Assembly: GCA_964413615.1 (NCBI GenBank)
Contig: CAYPSL010000002.1
Coordinates: 1 to 38,427, forward strand
Length of the DNA stretch: 38,427 bases
Origin: an uncultured Candidatus Saccharibacteria bacterium
Lineage (GTDB): Bacteria; Patescibacteriota; Andersenbacteria; UBA10190
Reading direction: 5' to 3'
Within the stretch, counting starts at the first letter, position 1. The number at the start of each line of letters is the position of its first letter. Made by a program: the position numbers and the translations under genes. Under the pieces are notes generated by a model. The model did not search any database, was not told the DNA's origin, and saw only the letters and a list, made by a program, of their open reading frames with translations. Of this stretch, positions 1 through 7,545 are shown piece after piece.

Positions 1-300
1 AATAATATAGGTAATGTATAAGACAGAAATACTTAAAAATAGCGTGAGGGGGAGACGTTTCTCTCCCCAAGTAGGAGCGGTGATGCTTGCTGCGGCTAGC
101 CATTGAGTTGTAATTCCTGGGTGTGCTTGTTGGTATAAGCTTTTTAAATCTCCCTTCGTGAGCCCTTCAACAAAGTTTTGAGTATTTCGTTCCCATTGCG
201 GCTCGTCAGGAGAGGTGAATGCGTCTAATAGGAAAACCCGCGGAGCAAAAGTGACGACAGCGAGGAGGATATATGCAAAAATGACCCATTCTTTCTTCAT
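1..300 (-). CDS. N-terminal 100 codons of a polytopic GT-C/GT39-like (PMT/ArnT-type) membrane glycosyltransferase; runs off the window start and is absent from the ORF track
   Basis: Manual reverse-strand translation from ATG at 300..298 gives MKKEWVIFAYILLAVVTFAPRVFLLDAFTSPDEPQWERNTQNFVEGLTKGDLKSLYQQAHPGITTQWLAAASI..., open to position 1. One TM is followed by a loop with a DE pair. It is co-linear with the N-terminus of the 12091..13638 product (PR..D.F..DE..W..R...L..GD...HP.IT). Confidence 0.55.
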   Translation of the reverse strand, partial: MKKEWVIFAYILLAVVTFAPRVFLLDAFTSPDEPQWERNTQNFVEGLTKGDLKSLYQQAHPGITTQWLAAASITAPTWGEKRLPLTLFLSISVLYITYII

Positions 301-303
301 GTT

Positions 304-315
304 TTAGTAGTATAT
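304..315 (-). promoter_or_regulatory. Candidate -10 element (TATACT, 314->309) inside the 12-mer ATATACTACTAA, 8 nt upstream of the ATG at 300
   Basis: The reverse complement of 301..316 reads GATATACTACTAAAAC followed directly by ATG. The identical 12-mer recurs at 7518..7529 (+) upstream of another gene. No convincing -35. Confidence 0.3.
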
Positions 316-323
316 CATGGCAC

Positions 324-353
324 TCGACAAGTAAACCTTCGTTGAGGCATACT
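324..353 (+). promoter_or_regulatory. Candidate sigma70-like promoter: TCGACA (324..329), 18-nt spacer, CATACT (348..353), ending 7 nt before the ATG at 361
   Basis: Read directly from the 60-nt divergent intergenic region. The geometry would place the transcription start at or next to the start codon (leaderless-like). Confidence 0.35.
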
Positions 354-360
354 GTCTTTT

Positions 361-1083
361 ATGGATGTACGAGAAGCTTACGCGCATTATTTATCTACTC
401 ACTTTGGGCGAGCGGGCCGTCAAGATGACGACAACTTTTTATTTCAAGAGCGGTACTTTAGAAAGAACTATTTGCCATTTTTACCAAAAGATAAAAAAGC
501 TCGAATTATTGATTTAGGTACCGGTTTAGGGCATGTGCTTTTCTTTCTAAAGCGCGCTGGCTATAACGATATTCTGGGGGTTGATGTTGGGCATGAGGTT
601 ATTGAGTTTTGCCGTTCGCATAAGTTTCCGGTAGTTGAAGAGGAAATTGTTACTTGGCTTAAGCAGAATAAGGAGTCCGCAGATGCGCTCGTGCTCAATG
701 ACGTGTTAGAGCATCAAACGAAACCGGAAATGTGGGCAATGCTTGAAGCGATGCGTGATGCATTAAAACCGGGAGGAGTTGTTCTTATTAAGGTGCCTAA
801 TATGGGGAACCCGTTACTTGGAAACGATAGTAGGTATCTTGATATTACTCATCAGAACGGATTTAACGAAAATAGCCTGCGGCAGGCATTGTTCATGGCA
901 AAGTATTCAAAAGTTCACGTTAGTGGGCCCGATATTTACGTAACAAAAAATCCAATAGTGAACGGTATATGCAGGGTGTTGGCTAGTATTCTTGATGGAA
1001 TCTTTTATGCCATTTTTCGATTTTATGGGCGTACGGAGACAAAAATATTCCGTAAAAATATTCTTGCTATTGCGCAAAAATGA
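361..1083 (+). CDS. Class I SAM-dependent methyltransferase (small, about 240 aa)
   Basis: SAM motif I IIDLGTGLGH, then LVLNDVLEH and LKPGGVVLIKVPN. ATG at 361, TGA stop at 1081..1083. C-terminal amphipathic/hydrophobic stretch IVNGICRVLASILDGIFYAIFRFY. Confidence 0.8.
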   Translation: MDVREAYAHYLSTHFGRAGRQDDDNFLFQERYFRKNYLPFLPKDKKARIIDLGTGLGHVLFFLKRAGYNDILGVDVGHEVIEFCRSHKFPVVEEEIVTWLKQNKESADALVLNDVLEHQTKPEMWAMLEAMRDALKPGGVVLIKVPNMGNPLLGNDSRYLDITHQNGFNENSLRQALFMAKYSKVHVSGPDIYVTKNPIVNGICRVLASILDGIFYAIFRFYGRTETKIFRKNILAIAQK

Positions 1084-1101
1084 CCCCTCGGGTCATTTTT
1101 T
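1076..1101. terminator. Candidate bidirectional intrinsic terminator: AAAAA-TGACCC-CTC-GGGTCA-TTTTTT
   Basis: 6-bp GC-containing stem (1081..1086 pairs with 1090..1095) with a 3-nt loop, flanked by A5 and T6 so the stem can extend to 11 bp. The TGA stop of the + gene and the TCA (= TGA) stop of the - gene both lie inside the stem arms. The stem is short, so strength is uncertain. Confidence 0.45.
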
Positions 1102-2283
1102 GATAGCGGCCTCGTAGGCTCGAGTAATTCGCTCCGCCACTGCGTCCCAGGAGTAGTCTTTTACTGCCTTTTCTCTCACGCTGTTTGCGAGCTCTTTCCG
1201 TCGGGAGTCGTTATTCAAAAGCTCTATCATTGCCTTTGCCAGGCCTTGGGGATTATTAAAGTCATATACGTATACCCCTAAATTACCGAGCACTTCTCTA
1301 TTCATAATAGTATCGAATGCTATGGTGGGCAGCCCTGTTGCCATGTAGTTATAAATTTTTCCATTCGCTTCGGTCTGAGACCTTTTTGGGGCTACTGCAA
1401 TATCGCCTAAACGAAGGTATGCAGGAGCGTCTTCATACATAACTCTTCCAGTAACTTTTACAGAAGAGGTAAGCCCCATATCTTCTACTCGTTTACGATA
1501 ATGTTCTTCGTTTGGGTACCCCATAAGAAGAAGAAAGGCATCAGAGACTTCTTGTAGCACAAGAGGGAAGGCTTCTAGGAGGATGTCGACACCTTTATGG
1601 GGGGATAGACCGCCTAGGTATACGATAACTTTTTTCCCGTCAGGCACTCCAAGCTTGTGGGCGAGTTTAACGTCTCGTTCCCCTGGAGTAAACATTTGCG
1701 TGCTGACTCCATCGTATGCCATAAATATTTTTTCTACTGGAATTAAAAATTTATTCTCCGATTCCTCGCGCATTTCAGTTGATTGTACAAGTACCGCGTC
1801 GGCCATATGGTCGATGTACGTTTCGATGGCATACCACATATTCGTAAGCCAGGTTGTTTTCACGAGCGGAAAGTTATGTGCAATAAGTTCCCCGGTTAAG
1901 CTTCCTTGCATGTCGAATACCATAGGAATATTGAGGATTTTTTTTAGGATCCACCCCAGCACTGCCCCTTCATGAAGATGGGCATGAATGATATCAGGCT
2001 TGAATTGTAGCGCCGCTTTCCATGCAGTAATAAGGAGAAGGGGGTCAACATAGAACTTATGCCATGAAGGCCCGGGACCTAGCTTCTTGTACCATGGTAC
2101 GCGAACACTGCGCGTAATATGGAGGCCTGGCAAATCTCTTCCGAGATGATAGGTGACTATTTGGACTTTATATCCCTTGCGCTGAAGGGCGTATGCTTGT
2201 TCGGCTATATGCATATGGCATCCTCGATCCGCGAAGAAGGGGGTAGGGGCTAGCACAAGAATTTTACGAATAGGTTTGGTCAT
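1093..2283 (-). CDS. GT-B fold glycosyltransferase, family 4-like
   Basis: 396 aa. N-terminal ILVLAPTPFFADRGCHMHI. C-terminal Rossmann half VIVYLGGLSPHKGVDILLEAF ... GKIYNYMATGLPTIAFD. The second Glu of the EX7E motif is not obvious. Confidence 0.8.
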   Translation of the reverse strand: MTKPIRKILVLAPTPFFADRGCHMHIAEQAYALQRKGYKVQIVTYHLGRDLPGLHITRSVRVPWYKKLGPGPSWHKFYVDPLLLITAWKAALQFKPDIIHAHLHEGAVLGWILKKILNIPMVFDMQGSLTGELIAHNFPLVKTTWLTNMWYAIETYIDHMADAVLVQSTEMREESENKFLIPVEKIFMAYDGVSTQMFTPGERDVKLAHKLGVPDGKKVIVYLGGLSPHKGVDILLEAFPLVLQEVSDAFLLLMGYPNEEHYRKRVEDMGLTSSVKVTGRVMYEDAPAYLRLGDIAVAPKRSQTEANGKIYNYMATGLPTIAFDTIMNREVLGNLGVYVYDFNNPQGLAKAMIELLNNDSRRKELANSVREKAVKDYSWDAVAERITRAYEAAIKK

Positions 2284-2293
2284 TTCTTATACG

Positions 2294-3916
2294 TTACTCT
2301 ATATGGCTCACATCGTATATTTCTACGCGAGGACCCGCAATATGCCAAAGTTGAGGATCGATGCGGTATACAAGCTTTCCGCGCGCTCGAATATCATCAT
2401 AGAAAGCTCGATAGGAAGCTGTTGCTTCGGGGTATAGCCGAGAAGATGTTTGGTCGAAATAACGATCAACAATGCGACTATCCATTGCGATATATTGAAC
2501 ATTTTTTTCTTTTACCCAGTAGGAGATGCTTTTTGCTCTATCGTGGGAAACTTCGGGATCTTTTGCATTTAAATTTGCATATACTTCATCGATTCGTACA
2601 GTTTTATAATTAGTATCATTCCAATCAATAAGCTTAATGGGCGTGTGCTGGAGAATAGTACTTCCATGGGGGATGTGTTCTTTTGCGAAAGCAACTGCAT
2701 TGCTATGGGTCGATCCTCCTGCGTAAGCAATGTCAAACCCTATCGCTAGAACAATATTTTGCAGTACTACAAAAGAAATTCCAGCAATTATAAAGCAATG
2801 AACGATAAAACTATTTGGTTTTTTCAATTGAGAAATATGAAACACTGCCCATGCGGCAAGAAGTGATACAAGGGGAGCTAGCGGCAGTAATCGCTTTATT
2901 GCATACAGCGGCAGTCTTCCAATAATTGCAATATACATAATGAGGATAGCAGCTCCTATGATGGTAATGAATTGCCAGTTGCGCTTATAGATAGCAATAC
3001 ATACCCCTATAATAGCTAGGGTCACAATATAGGGGCTAAACTCCCACCAGACGCCAGATACGGTAAATGGAAGGCCCCAATCAGGAGAAAATGTTGTAAG
3101 TGGCCAAAAAAAGTCTGGGCGAGTATACCCTAAATCTCCACCGGCTCCGCGAAGTTGTAGTTGCTTGTATATTTCAGTGCTTTCTTTCCATTTAATCACT
3201 GTATAAGGAGTTGCCACTATAAAGGCTAGCGGAATGATAAGGAGTCCAAGTAGTATTTTGCGTGAGAATATTTCTCGTAATGCAAATGCTTTGTGTTGCA
3301 TGATAGTTGCAGCATGCGCAAGAAGTAGAACAATGCCAACGGTAAGGCCAGTATAATGAGTTGCACCAGAAAGTCCGGTAAATATTCCTGTAAGAATATA
3401 CCATTGCAATCTTCCTGTTTGTGCCAGGCGTATTGCTGCCCAAACCGCCAGTGTTGTTGCAAGGGTTAAGGGGATGTCTACATGGGTATAGTGGGAATAT
3501 TTTACGTGAAGAGGAAGGAATGCAAAAAATAGCGCGGCAATAAGCCCAAGTTTTGGATTGCGCAATTCTTTTCCAATTCGATATACGACATATACTGTTG
3601 CGGTGCCAAAAAGTGCTGTTACTATTCGCGCTATAAGCGTATAGGTGTCTACTGATGTGTCTGGGCTAGGGTATGGCGCTCCAAAAAGCGCCGCAGGAAC
3701 AAACGCTACCCCGAGAATGTAATGATACAGGTGGGGGTAATAAGACCCCTTGGGGTATAAGAGAGGTTCTTGTTTTCCTTGTGCGAGGCGAACCGATGGG
3801 GTTATTACTTTATTTTCATCGGTATAGATTTGGTGGTTAATACCCCATAGCCTCACCGCAAGCGCTACGGCCAAGAGGGCAAGCATGCTGTAGCCTATAA
3901 GGGATTGGTGTTTCAC
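2294..3916 (-). CDS. Polytopic GT-C glycosyltransferase, GT39 / PMT-ArnT-like (polyprenyl-phosphate-sugar dependent)
   Basis: 540 aa with many hydrophobic spans. TM1 is followed by the loop IYTDENKV (DE pair), then PHLYHYILG, and a soluble C-terminal domain of about 130 aa. The start is either GTG at 3916 or ATG at 3886 (MLALLAV...). Confidence 0.7.
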   Translation of the reverse strand: MKHQSLIGYSMLALLAVALAVRLWGINHQIYTDENKVITPSVRLAQGKQEPLLYPKGSYYPHLYHYILGVAFVPAALFGAPYPSPDTSVDTYTLIARIVTALFGTATVYVVYRIGKELRNPKLGLIAALFFAFLPLHVKYSHYTHVDIPLTLATTLAVWAAIRLAQTGRLQWYILTGIFTGLSGATHYTGLTVGIVLLLAHAATIMQHKAFALREIFSRKILLGLLIIPLAFIVATPYTVIKWKESTEIYKQLQLRGAGGDLGYTRPDFFWPLTTFSPDWGLPFTVSGVWWEFSPYIVTLAIIGVCIAIYKRNWQFITIIGAAILIMYIAIIGRLPLYAIKRLLPLAPLVSLLAAWAVFHISQLKKPNSFIVHCFIIAGISFVVLQNIVLAIGFDIAYAGGSTHSNAVAFAKEHIPHGSTILQHTPIKLIDWNDTNYKTVRIDEVYANLNAKDPEVSHDRAKSISYWVKEKNVQYIAMDSRIVDRYFDQTSSRLYPEATASYRAFYDDIRARGKLVYRIDPQLWHIAGPRVEIYDVSHIE

Positions 3917-3994
3917 TGTTCAACTATATCAAATAGTAGGGGTTGGTGGTATTTCCTTTTTGAGTCTGCCATACTTGCGTATAAGAGGCTTTTT

Positions 3995-4711
3995 ATGATT
4001 ACACCAGAGAGAACCATTATTTTAATCCCGACATATAACGAGGCTGATAATATACGAATCACGCTTCAGAGGATTTACGATATTGACCCTTCTTTTCATG
4101 TTCTTGTATTGGATGATAATTCTCCTGATGGTACCGCTGCAGTTGTTCGAGATGTTAGGAAAAATTATCCTACTATTGATGTGCTGGTTCGTACGAGCAA
4201 CCGAGGATTTGCGCAATCATATATAGATGGATTTAATCTTGTGAGCGCGGGTACGGAATATGACGCAGTTATTACCATGGACGCTGACTTTTCTCATGAG
4301 CCAAAAGAATTGCCTGCTCTATTGCAACTACTCAATAATGGAGCAGATATTGCGATTGGTTCTCGGTATGCGAGAAAGCAGGCATTCCCTCATATTTCCT
4401 TATGGCGTCGAATCATGAGCCGATTTGCAAACTTTTATGTACGCACAGTATTGGGACTGCCAATTACTGACTGCACCGCCGGCTTTATTGCTATGCGCAC
4501 AGATGCATTGCGAAAATTAAGTATGAAGCGGGTGCGTACGGAAGGGTATGGGTTTTTATTTCAATTAAAGTACCGCGCATATAAAAGCGGGTTTCGGATG
4601 GCCGAGCACCCTGTCGCATGGCCAGAGCGCCATCAGGGGAGTTCTAAAATGAATATAAAACGAATCTTCGAATCCTTCCTTTTGCCTTGGAAGATTAAAT
4701 TTGGCTCGTAG
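3995..4711 (+). CDS. Polyprenyl-phosphate sugar synthase, GT2 Dpm1/Ppm1-type (polyprenol monophosphomannose synthase-like)
   Basis: The track ORF (3905) is trimmed to ATG 3995, with AAGAGG a few nt upstream; the longer version would overlap the divergent gene. Motifs ILIPTYNEADNI, VLVLDDNSPDGT, TMDADFSH, IGSRY. About 238 aa with no TM segment. Confidence 0.8.
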   Translation: MITPERTIILIPTYNEADNIRITLQRIYDIDPSFHVLVLDDNSPDGTAAVVRDVRKNYPTIDVLVRTSNRGFAQSYIDGFNLVSAGTEYDAVITMDADFSHEPKELPALLQLLNNGADIAIGSRYARKQAFPHISLWRRIMSRFANFYVRTVLGLPITDCTAGFIAMRTDALRKLSMKRVRTEGYGFLFQLKYRAYKSGFRMAEHPVAWPERHQGSSKMNIKRIFESFLLPWKIKFGS

Positions 4712-4713
4712 AC

Positions 4714-6018
4714 TTACCCTTCAACGATTTCGAAGCGGGGGAGTGGGACAATGAATTTTCCGCCAGATTGCAGGTATTCTTGTTCTCTGTTTTTAAACTC
4801 AGACAAGAAGTGCCAAGGTAAAACAAGGAAATAATCAGGTTTTGCTGCTCGAGCGTCTTCTTCTGAAATAATAGGGATGAGTGTTCCGACTGTTTTCTTG
4901 CCCCATTTATCGGGGTTTCGCTCAGCTGCTGCGGTAATAACGGTATAATCAAGTTCAAAGTATTGAAGCAATGTATTACCTTTAGTTGAAGCTCCGTATA
5001 CGTATACAGTTTTTCCGTTTTCAACTTCTTTCTTGATAAATGAAGTTACCTTTTCTTTAATCGTTTCAACCTCTCTTGCAAAATCCAAGTAAGGGGCTAG
5101 AGTGTCGAGCTGCATGGTCTTCTCTTGGTTCTGCAGGGCTTCTATGCGTTCTGTTGCTCCAGGAATAGGCTTTATGGCCGTATTGTCTTCGTGCGTTATG
5201 TATGTTCGGTAGCTTCCTCCGTTTACATCATTTAGCTCAACATCAATTACTTTTAGCCCATGGCGAGAAAGCAGGTTTTCTAGGGATAGAAGGGAGTAGT
5301 ACTCTAAGTGTTCGTGGCAGATGTTATCAAAAATATTATCAAGAAGCATGCTCGGCAGGTAAGCCATTTGAATAATCCATAAGCCATCTTTTGCTAAGCA
5401 GCTGGCAATATCTGCAACGAACGCATTGGGGTCTTCAAGATCATAAAACATTGCAATGCTGGTAATAATTTTTGCTTGTTTTCCGTTTGTTTTTTCTAAA
5501 AATGGCTGCGCGGAAAAGAAGTCATTGATAACAGTAATATTTGGATCCTCTGCATAGGGCATAAGATTTGTTGCTGGCTCAAAGCCGATGCGGTGTATGT
5601 CTGATCGGTTATAGGATTTGAGGAGAGTGTTGTCGTTACTGCCCGTATCAATGACATAATCGCCAGATTGTAGGTCTGCTATTTTTGATGCTTTTGCTGT
5701 AATGTCTGCAAGCGCATCGCGCATAGTCTGGTTTATTCCTGATCTATACCAGTAGTTTCTGTAGAGCGCCGGTTGATCTGCTGTATGTTTGAGCTGCAAT
5801 AGTCCACAACCGCCCTCTGCTGCATTGCAGATGACTAATTCGAGCGGAGCGCTTGCATTTTCTGCCATACTATCGACAAAATCAGAAATATATTGATTGC
5901 CGAGAGATAAAACGGGCGCTAATGCATCATTTTTGCATACTCGGCAATGGGTTACGGCGCGCGCTTCTTGCGTTTTGGAAGAAGTTTGTACGTCTGTATT
6001 GTTCTTTTCAGTAGGCAT
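4714..6018 (-). CDS. Zinc-ribbon SAM methyltransferase of the TylCIII / NDP-hexose C-methyltransferase-like family
   Basis: 434 aa. N-terminal Cys pairs CRVCKN ... CNAAEGGCG, then YRNYWYRSG, SAM motif YVIDTGSNDNTLL and HEHLEYYS. C-terminal Rossmann-like domain VYVYGASTKGNTLLQY ... DYFLVLPWHF. Confidence 0.7.
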   Translation of the reverse strand: MPTEKNNTDVQTSSKTQEARAVTHCRVCKNDALAPVLSLGNQYISDFVDSMAENASAPLELVICNAAEGGCGLLQLKHTADQPALYRNYWYRSGINQTMRDALADITAKASKIADLQSGDYVIDTGSNDNTLLKSYNRSDIHRIGFEPATNLMPYAEDPNITVINDFFSAQPFLEKTNGKQAKIITSIAMFYDLEDPNAFVADIASCLAKDGLWIIQMAYLPSMLLDNIFDNICHEHLEYYSLLSLENLLSRHGLKVIDVELNDVNGGSYRTYITHEDNTAIKPIPGATERIEALQNQEKTMQLDTLAPYLDFAREVETIKEKVTSFIKKEVENGKTVYVYGASTKGNTLLQYFELDYTVITAAAERNPDKWGKKTVGTLIPIISEEDARAAKPDYFLVLPWHFLSEFKNREQEYLQSGGKFIVPLPRFEIVEG

Positions 6019-6041
6019 TGTATATTGCTTTTAAGTATTTC

Positions 6042-6713
6042 ATGAATATTAAAACAGAGCAAATTTGGGACGAGGTGTGGCAAACGGCAGCTGCTGGGAG
6101 TTTTATTACGCGCCTTCGGCTTATGTATAATCGAATGTTGGGAAAGCTAATTTTGCCTCATGTGGATAGTCAGGGCCGTTCTCTTGAGTTGGGATGCGGA
6201 ACAGCGCAGCTTACCTTGATGGTTGCGCCCCATATCAAGGAAGCAGTGGGACTAGATATTTCTTCGGAAGGGCTAGCTATTGCTGCTCGTGAGCAAGAAC
6301 GGCTTCGGGTTACAAATGCACGGTTTGTAAAAGCGGATGTAAACGACGTACCCTTTGAGCATGAGTTTGATGTAGTGTGGAGTGCGGGATTGATCGAGCA
6401 TTTTTTTGATCGCGATATTGATATCGTAAAACAGCATATACGAGCAGTAAAAAGGGGTGGGGTAGTTGTCATGAGTGTCCCGTACGCATATTCGCTTCAT
6501 AGTTTGCATTATGCGGTAACGCGCCCGGCTATCATGAGACGTTTTTGGCCGTGGAGCCAAGAGAGAAATTTTCAAAAGTTTTACTCAAAGAAGGCATTAC
6601 GATTGCTAGCACGAAAAATAGGCCTTCCTTATAAAGTATATTTTTTGCCTCCGTGGCCGATTGGGTTATTGCTTGGAATTATTGTTATTCAGATTTTGAA
6701 AAATAAAGACTAA
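6042..6713 (+). CDS. Class I SAM-dependent methyltransferase with hydrophobic C-terminal tail
   Basis: The track start is TTG 6018; ATG 6042 (MNIKTEQIW) is preferred. Motifs LELGCGTAQLT, FDVVWSAGLIEHF, VKRGGVVVMSVP. C-terminal PPWPIGLLLGIIVIQIL. Confidence 0.75.
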   Translation: MNIKTEQIWDEVWQTAAAGSFITRLRLMYNRMLGKLILPHVDSQGRSLELGCGTAQLTLMVAPHIKEAVGLDISSEGLAIAAREQERLRVTNARFVKADVNDVPFEHEFDVVWSAGLIEHFFDRDIDIVKQHIRAVKRGGVVVMSVPYAYSLHSLHYAVTRPAIMRRFWPWSQERNFQKFYSKKALRLLARKIGLPYKVYFLPPWPIGLLLGIIVIQILKNKD

Positions 6714-6774
6714 ATAAGCTCTTTGGCGGAAGGGCTCTTTACTGCATTCTTGCTCATACGGTACTGTTAGTTCT

Positions 6775-7479
6775 ATGAATGAGCGTGGAGTACAACCTCG
6801 AGTTGTTATATTAATGCCTTCGTATCGAGCGGGTAGGAGAGTAGTTGATACGTATAATAAGATTCCGAAAGACGCAGTTTCTGAAATAATCATTGTAGAC
6901 GATGCATCTCCTGACGATACATTTGAATATGCAAAAACATTGCCTGCAATAGTGTTTCGTAATGAAAAAAATAAGGGATATGGAGGGAATATGAAATTTT
7001 TGCTCCAAAAGGGCCTTGAGACTGGGGGAGATGTTTTTATTGAATTGCATGCGGATGGTCAGTATGATCCTTCGGTCATACCTCAAGCAGTTGCTGCATT
7101 AAGCCCAACTGATGGGATGCTACTAGGGTCTCGCGTGATGACCTCGAAAAATGCATTGAATAATGGAATGCCGTTTATTAAGTATGTAATGAATAGGGTT
7201 CTTACCATGATTGCAAATATGGTACTTGGAAGTAGTCTTACAGAATTTCATTCTGGTTTTCGTGTGTATACACGTCCTTTTTTGGAAAAGGTTGATGTAA
7301 TGAAAAATTCTAATGATCACTTGTTTAGTTTTGAAACAATTGTGCAGGCGCTGCGCAATGGATTTACTGTTCGCGAAATACCCGTTGTTTGTACGTATGA
7401 GCCAGGCGTAACGCAAATGAATTTAAAAAAAGGCATCAAATATACGATCGAAATGTTGACCACCCTTGCTCGATTATAG
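6775..7479 (+). CDS. GT2 family glycosyltransferase (GT-A fold)
   Basis: 234 aa. VVILMPSYRAG, IIIVDDASPDDT, ELHADGQYDP. Confidence 0.7.
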   Translation: MNERGVQPRVVILMPSYRAGRRVVDTYNKIPKDAVSEIIIVDDASPDDTFEYAKTLPAIVFRNEKNKGYGGNMKFLLQKGLETGGDVFIELHADGQYDPSVIPQAVAALSPTDGMLLGSRVMTSKNALNNGMPFIKYVMNRVLTMIANMVLGSSLTEFHSGFRVYTRPFLEKVDVMKNSNDHLFSFETIVQALRNGFTVREIPVVCTYEPGVTQMNLKKGIKYTIEMLTTLARL

Positions 7480-7517
7480 GTAGCTTTTCAACTGTACGCT
7501 TTTTGTGTAGTGTCTAT

Positions 7518-7529
7518 ATATACTACTAA
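7518..7529 (+). promoter_or_regulatory. Candidate -10 element (TATACT 7519..7524) inside the 12-mer ATATACTACTAA, 21 nt upstream of the ATG at 7546
   Basis: Same 12-mer as 304..315 (-). It lies in the 66-nt gap after the 6775..7479 gene. No good -35 seen. Confidence 0.3.
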
Positions 7530-7545
7530 CCAATGTTCTAAAACT

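Noticed and set aside
3905-3994. N-terminal extensions offered by the ORF track: 3905..3994, 21225..21416, 6018..6041, 7510..7545 and 36963..37001.
   Set aside because: The extensions overlap divergent or upstream genes, or begin at TTG/GTG, and they encode non-conserved sequence. Internal ATGs give N-termini that match the family consensus (MITPERTIILIPTYNE, MAKILFLSAQYPP, MNIKTEQ, MRITACRICNG, MKQSKLTG).
6718-6740. GCTCTTT ... GCTCTTT in the 61-nt gap after the 6042..6713 gene, considered as a terminator or attenuator.
   Set aside because: It is a 7-nt direct repeat, not an inverted one. No stable stem followed by a T-run could be drawn, and it is too short to be significant.
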